38,436 nt of DNA from Octopus bimaculoides (taxonomy: Eukaryota). This document shows positions 34,312-38,436 of this stretch, in pieces (position 1 is the first letter of the stretch; each line of letters begins with the position of its first letter). The notes beneath the pieces were generated by a model that saw only the letters and a program-made list of their open reading frames with translations, made no database searches and had not been told where the DNA came from. The stretch lies in NCBI RefSeq assembly GCF_001194135.2, contig NC_068984.1:91540628-91579063 (forward strand). The letters run 5' to 3'. The position numbers and the translations under genes were made by a program.

Positions 34312-34394
34312 TTCTCCATCTCTCTTCCTTTCTCCACTTCTCCATCTCTCTTCCTTTCTCCACTTCTCCATCTCTCTTCCTTTCCCCACTTCTC
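34312..34394. repeat. Tandem repeat, 26-bp unit, about 3.2 copies
   Basis: Unit ttctccatctctcttcctttctccac repeated three times. Confidence 0.9.
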
Positions 34395-34659
34395 TCGTAG
34401 ACGGGGAATATACAGGTGCAAACAAAACAGTGACTAAAATTCAACAATTTACACAATTCAATGAATCTTGGTTCATCTGCGTGGGGAAACCTACAACAAG
34501 CATATAATATCAGTGTGTAACGATTTGAACTCACATCGAAGAATTCACTACCAACACCCGTTACTGACAATCACTGGTTGTCGATGTGAAGTGGTTCCCA
34601 ATGCAAATATATATATTCTTTTTCCAGTGACAAAAAGTCACTGATCTCGAAAAAGTGTA

Positions 34660-35120
34660 AACAAGCAATAATAAATCTCTGAGTGAGGTAAAAACAGTAG
34701 CTGCATGACATTGTAAAGTATATTTGCCACTTAAATGCGACTAACCCTTAAGGGTGGATGCTACTGTAGCTTGTAGCCCCAGGAAGACACCTCCTCCAGC
34801 TGGCTATTGACACACTTTCTGTGCCCTATCAGTATTTGTAAAGGGAAGCCATCCTTCCCATCTCCAACCTGACATGATACACATGGACCCAAGTTTCTGG
34901 GTATTGACACACACTGATGACAGGTCAATACCCAGAAACTCGGGTCCATGTGTATCATGTCAGGTTGGAGATGGGAAGGATGGCTTCCCTTTGCAAATAC
35001 TGATAGGACACAGAAAGTGTGTCAATAGCCAGCTGGAGGAGGTGTCTTCCTGGGGCTACAAGCTACAGTAGCATCCACCCTTAAGGGTTAGCCACATTTA
35101 AGTGGCAAATATACTTCATG
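34660..35120. mobile_element. Repeat X copies 2 and 3 as a fold-back palindrome (193-bp arms, 15-nt spacer)
   Basis: Arms 34716-34908 and 34924-35116 have 5 mismatches by eye, all transitions. The spacer continues the right-hand copy and supplies CUGAUGA (34914-34920). Confidence 0.9.
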
Positions 35121-35189
35121 AAGATGAGGACAAATATCTGTCAATTGTATATAATGTACATAATTCCTCATCTCTTGAATATAGAACTG
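35121..35189 (+). mobile_element. Displaced 3' remainder of the hammerhead-tail element copy B
   Basis: aagatgaggacaaatatctgtcaattgtatataat matches the end of copy A. It begins with the same 13-mer as 32502-32514. Confidence 0.75.
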
Positions 35190-35589
35190 AAAAAAAATTA
35201 ATCTAAGAATTGAAGGAAACTTACTTTTACGACTAAATCCCTTGCTTTTTCCACATCACCTTCATGTTTGAATCTTCGCATGATCAATGGATGCAATTCA
35301 GGATACTGTATAATGTATAAAACATGTTACTTCAAAGTATGAAGATCTATATATATATAAAGTCAAAGTAACCCATCAACACTAAAGTTAAAAGCTAAAA
35401 GGAAACAATTTCATTGTCTGTATAGATTAATATGTAGTCTGTGGTAAATGCCAGAGGAGAAGATTTCTGCTTTTTCTAAGCCAAATCTATGAGTGCTTGA
35501 ACTCCTGCTTAATATTACTAATGCCCTTGAAAAAACAGGTACATTAAACATGTGCTTGCAAAAATTTTTGTCCTTGAACCTAAATAAGA

Positions 35590-36385
35590 AATGTGTGTGT
35601 GGATAGGTGTTGGTGACCTTGACGTGTGCGTGTGTGCATGTGGATGATGGTGTGGTTGCTGGGAAGTGGTCATTACTAGTGTGTGCGGGGTGGTGTGATG
35701 TGGTGTGGGTTAGGGTGAGGGTGGGATATGTAGGAGTGGATGGGGCGGGGGTAGGATGGGATGTAGGTGGGGTTGGAATGTGTAGGGGTAGGGTAACGAT
35801 GGAGGGGGTAATGAGGAAGGAAGAAGATGGGCAGGAGTGAAGAGAGGAGAGGTGAGTGGGAGTGAAGGGAGGAAGTAGGTGTGAAGAGGGGGTTAGATGA
35901 AGAGGAGAGGAGAGTTGAGCCCATGTGGAGCAAAGAGAGAAGATTAATTCCTGTTCAAGGCAAAGATGGGAGTCTGGATGGCCCCTGTGTGAGGACAATC
36001 TGAACACAGACAGGTGTTGTGAAGAATGACTGATAGAGCGGAAATGGCATGAAACTGGGGTGTCATTACTGAGTCTCATGTCTCAGAAGTGTTCAGCGAA
36101 CCGGTCAGCCAAGCAACATCCAGTTTGACCGATGTACAGAGATAGACAGAGAGAGCAGGAGATGCAGTAGATGACGAACTAGAAGTGCAGGTGAAGGAGT
36201 CAGTGATATGATAAGTCAATGATGGGTGCCTGTGAGGATGGTAATGTTGGAGAGGCAAGCGCAAGTGCAGCAGCATGGGCAAGAGCAGGGAAACAAGACG
36301 GGTTGGGAGGTTGGGCTAGGGAAGAAACTGTGGACTACGAGGTCACGTAGGTTGTAGGCTCACTTGAAGGAGGGGAGGGGTCGGT
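35590..36385 (-). mobile_element. 5'-truncated Penelope-like element (Cys-rich linker plus GIY-YIG endonuclease), decayed
   Basis: Minus strand reads NLRDLVVHS...FPCSCPCCCTC...ITDSFTCTSS / VIYCISCSLCLSLYIGQTGCCLADRFAEHF*DMRLSNDTPVSCHF...EQELIFSL, with a frameshift and a stop. Confidence 0.9.
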
Positions 36386-36980
36386 TACACTATATATATA
36401 GGTATATACAAGGTATATATATAGGTATATACATATAAATTATAGGTATATATATAGGTATATACATATAAATTTGACATGGGCGATACTTTCTTGTCTT
36501 GGGATTCAGTCAAATGGCTGGGTGGAATTGCATGAAAAATTACACAGATGTGTAGAATGATCTGGTGGTGATGCTGGGCTTTGTATTTCTTTTCATAGCT
36601 CCCATGGTTACTGAGATAATCTACTATAATAATACTCTTGTGATTATGAATGAGAAAGGAAGGGGTGATGTCATACTTGGTAGTGTACGCTGAAAAAATA
36701 AATAAAACAGCGTCCCAACTCTGTGGGAATATATGTGTGTGTATGTAAAAGGGGGGGGAGGGTATGTGAATGTGTGTGTGTGCGTGCACAATGAAAGTGG
36801 GATGGTTCATCTTTGCTCACTTAATATTTGGGTTTATTTTTTGATTTGGTTGAATCTTGGTTGTTTTTGTTTTGTTGGTCAGTTATTTTTAGTGTTTTGA
36901 CAGAAAAAAGTCATTCTAAAATTGTCTTTTAACAAGTCAAATGCTTACACAGAGCAGGTTCTACAACCACATCATCCAAA

Positions 36981-37011
36981 CCGGCCGGGTGAAACCGGGC
37001 TTAGCTGCTTG
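36981..37011 (+). mobile_element. Possible Helitron-like 3' end (GC hairpin plus degenerate CTRR)
   Basis: CCGG-gtgaaa-CCGG hairpin about 10 nt before CTTG|T. No 5' end or Rep/Hel sequence was found. Confidence 0.3.
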
Positions 37012-37233
37012 TATATATATCCAATTTTGGGGGATTAATCGATATGCAGGTATTCTATTTCAGATAATACAAAAATAACCTAATGAGTATATCTGACAGT
37101 AAACTTATGGTATCAGTTTGCACATCACAAAATAATACTTAAAGGATATAACCAAAATTACCAGCAGGGTATATAATATACTTCGTTAATTATATCCTAC
37201 CTTAGTTAATACTTATGTTTATTAAATATGAAG

Positions 37234-37375
37234 GAACTACATGTGTTTCAGTATCGGAAAATTACAATATATATAAATATACACAACTGTATATCTATAT
37301 ATACACATCGTCACACATATAAATACATATATGCAATCATCAGATTTACAATTATTCCAACACATCTTCAGGTTC
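37234..37375 (-). ncRNA. Type I hammerhead ribozyme motif with greatly extended helix II
   Basis: Minus strand: stem I GAAC/GUUC; CUGAAGA (37371-37365); helix II G-UGUUGGAA(u)AAUUGUAA pairing with UUGUAAUUUUCCGAUA-C; GAAA (37249-37246); C-ACAU-GUA triplet (37240-37238). Confidence 0.7.
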
Positions 37376-37699
37376 TATTTCAAAATATTAAATATCTAAT
37401 TTTACATCCTTTAAAAATAAGCAATAAAATTAAGCATTAAAGATTAAAAATTTAGAATCGAAAATTAAGAATAAAAATTATACTTTGTAATATCAAGAAT
37501 TAAAATTTATAAATTATACATTATAAATATGAATTAGTAGATATATCATTTATGTAAAGTCAAGTATATGTCAAATACAGAATGTGAGATATAAGATTAA
37601 ACATCAGAATAAAAATGTCTGTGTTTAAATGTGATATATAACAAGAAAAATTCAAATACATATCGTCCAATACTTCATTTTACTAAATGTAAAATTACT

Positions 37700-38080
37700 T
37701 CAGTGCCTACATTTTACTCCTCGACTATCATGTGTGTTTAGTAATTCATCTCTAGACTGTAGTAGTTTCATAAATTCAGTTATGCGTAATAAACACATTT
37801 TATTCCCAATATTATAGGAGTGGGCTCTACCTATTATACTCCAATTAAGGGTGTACTCTCTTTTTCTAGATTTTAATTCCCATATATATTTACTTAAGCC
37901 TGTAGACTTACTTAAATTGGGATTTTTAAAGGTCTGGTAGTGTTGGGATATTCTTTTTTTAATTTCATTAACTGTTGATCCAATATAAGCCTTATTTATA
38001 ATTTTATTATTATCATTCTTAGAGCTAACTATACATTCATAAATTACATTATCGATATTACAATTGTAATATCGATACAA
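37700..38080 (-). mobile_element. Penelope-like element GIY-YIG endonuclease C-terminus, 5'-truncated (second PLE lineage)
   Basis: VIYECIV...AYIGSTVNEIKKRISQHYQTF...STGLSKYIWELK...NWSIIGRA...CLLRITE...KCRH* is the PLE-type GIY-YIG with a typical KCRH end. No RT is present. Confidence 0.9.
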
Positions 38081-38115
38081 TTGTATATCGATAATGTAAT
38101 TTATAAATGTATAGT
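38028..38115. repeat. Nested palindromes at the PLE truncation point
   Basis: Outer 31-bp arms (1 mismatch) overlap a perfect 26-bp palindrome atcgatattacaattgtaatatcgat and a second near-palindrome. Confidence 0.9.
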
Positions 38116-38157
38116 AACATAATAATATTTATATATAGTATATACTTACATATAGTA

Positions 38158-38388
38158 AAAAAAACACCATTTGAGCATGGCCGTTGCCAGTGCCGCCTGA
38201 CTGGCCCTCGTGCCGGTGGCACGTAAAAGCACCCACTACACTCTCGGAGTGATTGGCGTTAGGAAGGGCATCCAGCTGTAGAAACTCTGCCAGATCAGAT
38301 TGGAGCCTGGTACAGCCATCTGGTTCGCCAGTCCTCAGTCAAATCGTCCAACCCATGCTAGCATGGAAAGTGGACGTTAAACGATGAT
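38158..38388 (+). mobile_element. Well-preserved RTE 3' tail copy followed by (ATGT)n/(TA)n
   Basis: Highly similar to 17130-17365. Confidence 0.9.
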
Positions 38389-38436
38389 GTATGTATGTAT
38401 GTATATATATATATATGTATGTATATATATATATAT

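Noticed and set aside
16480-34394. CRISPR-like interpretation of the short repeated units
   Set aside because: Eukaryotic context, no unique spacers and no cas genes. These are tandem repeats or retroelement UTR units.
33914-34570. 197-aa plus ORF and charged minus ORFs
   Set aside because: Built from (TA)n, an antisense SINE head and the 26-bp tandem repeat. The minus frame near 34120-34290 might be a retroelement ORF1 remnant but has no recognisable motif.
35411-36079. 222-aa minus ORF as a host gene
   Set aside because: Only the first 50 or so residues are PLE GIY-YIG C-terminus. The rest is low-complexity read-through.

Overview
AT-rich eukaryotic genomic DNA, most likely from an octopus (coleoid cephalopod). 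That assignment is my recognition of the RTE 3' tails and tRNA-derived SINE families, not a database result. There are two host genes, both on +. One is the last two coding exons of SEM1/DSS1 (3624-3720, 5611-5668; exon 1 lies upstream of the window). The other is an ABHD16A-type lipase with a completely intronless CDS (18769-20328), with an orphan diverged fragment of that gene 2.3 kb upstream. The rest is mostly decayed mobile DNA: several RTE LINE copies, a CR1 copy with a 5' inversion, an RNase H-bearing LINE relic, two Tc1/mariner families, at least three SINE families and two GIY-YIG Penelope-like element (PLE) fragments. The most interesting region is 31.7-38.1 kb. It holds a cluster of hammerhead-ribozyme (HHR) motifs from several sequence families, a SINE-like element joining a tRNA-derived head to an HHR-bearing tail, an HHR whose helix II is expanded to about 115 nt, and three fold-back palindromes. 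There is one assembly gap (33482-33750). Coordinates of decayed repeats are approximate (tens of bp). All folds were paired by eye.
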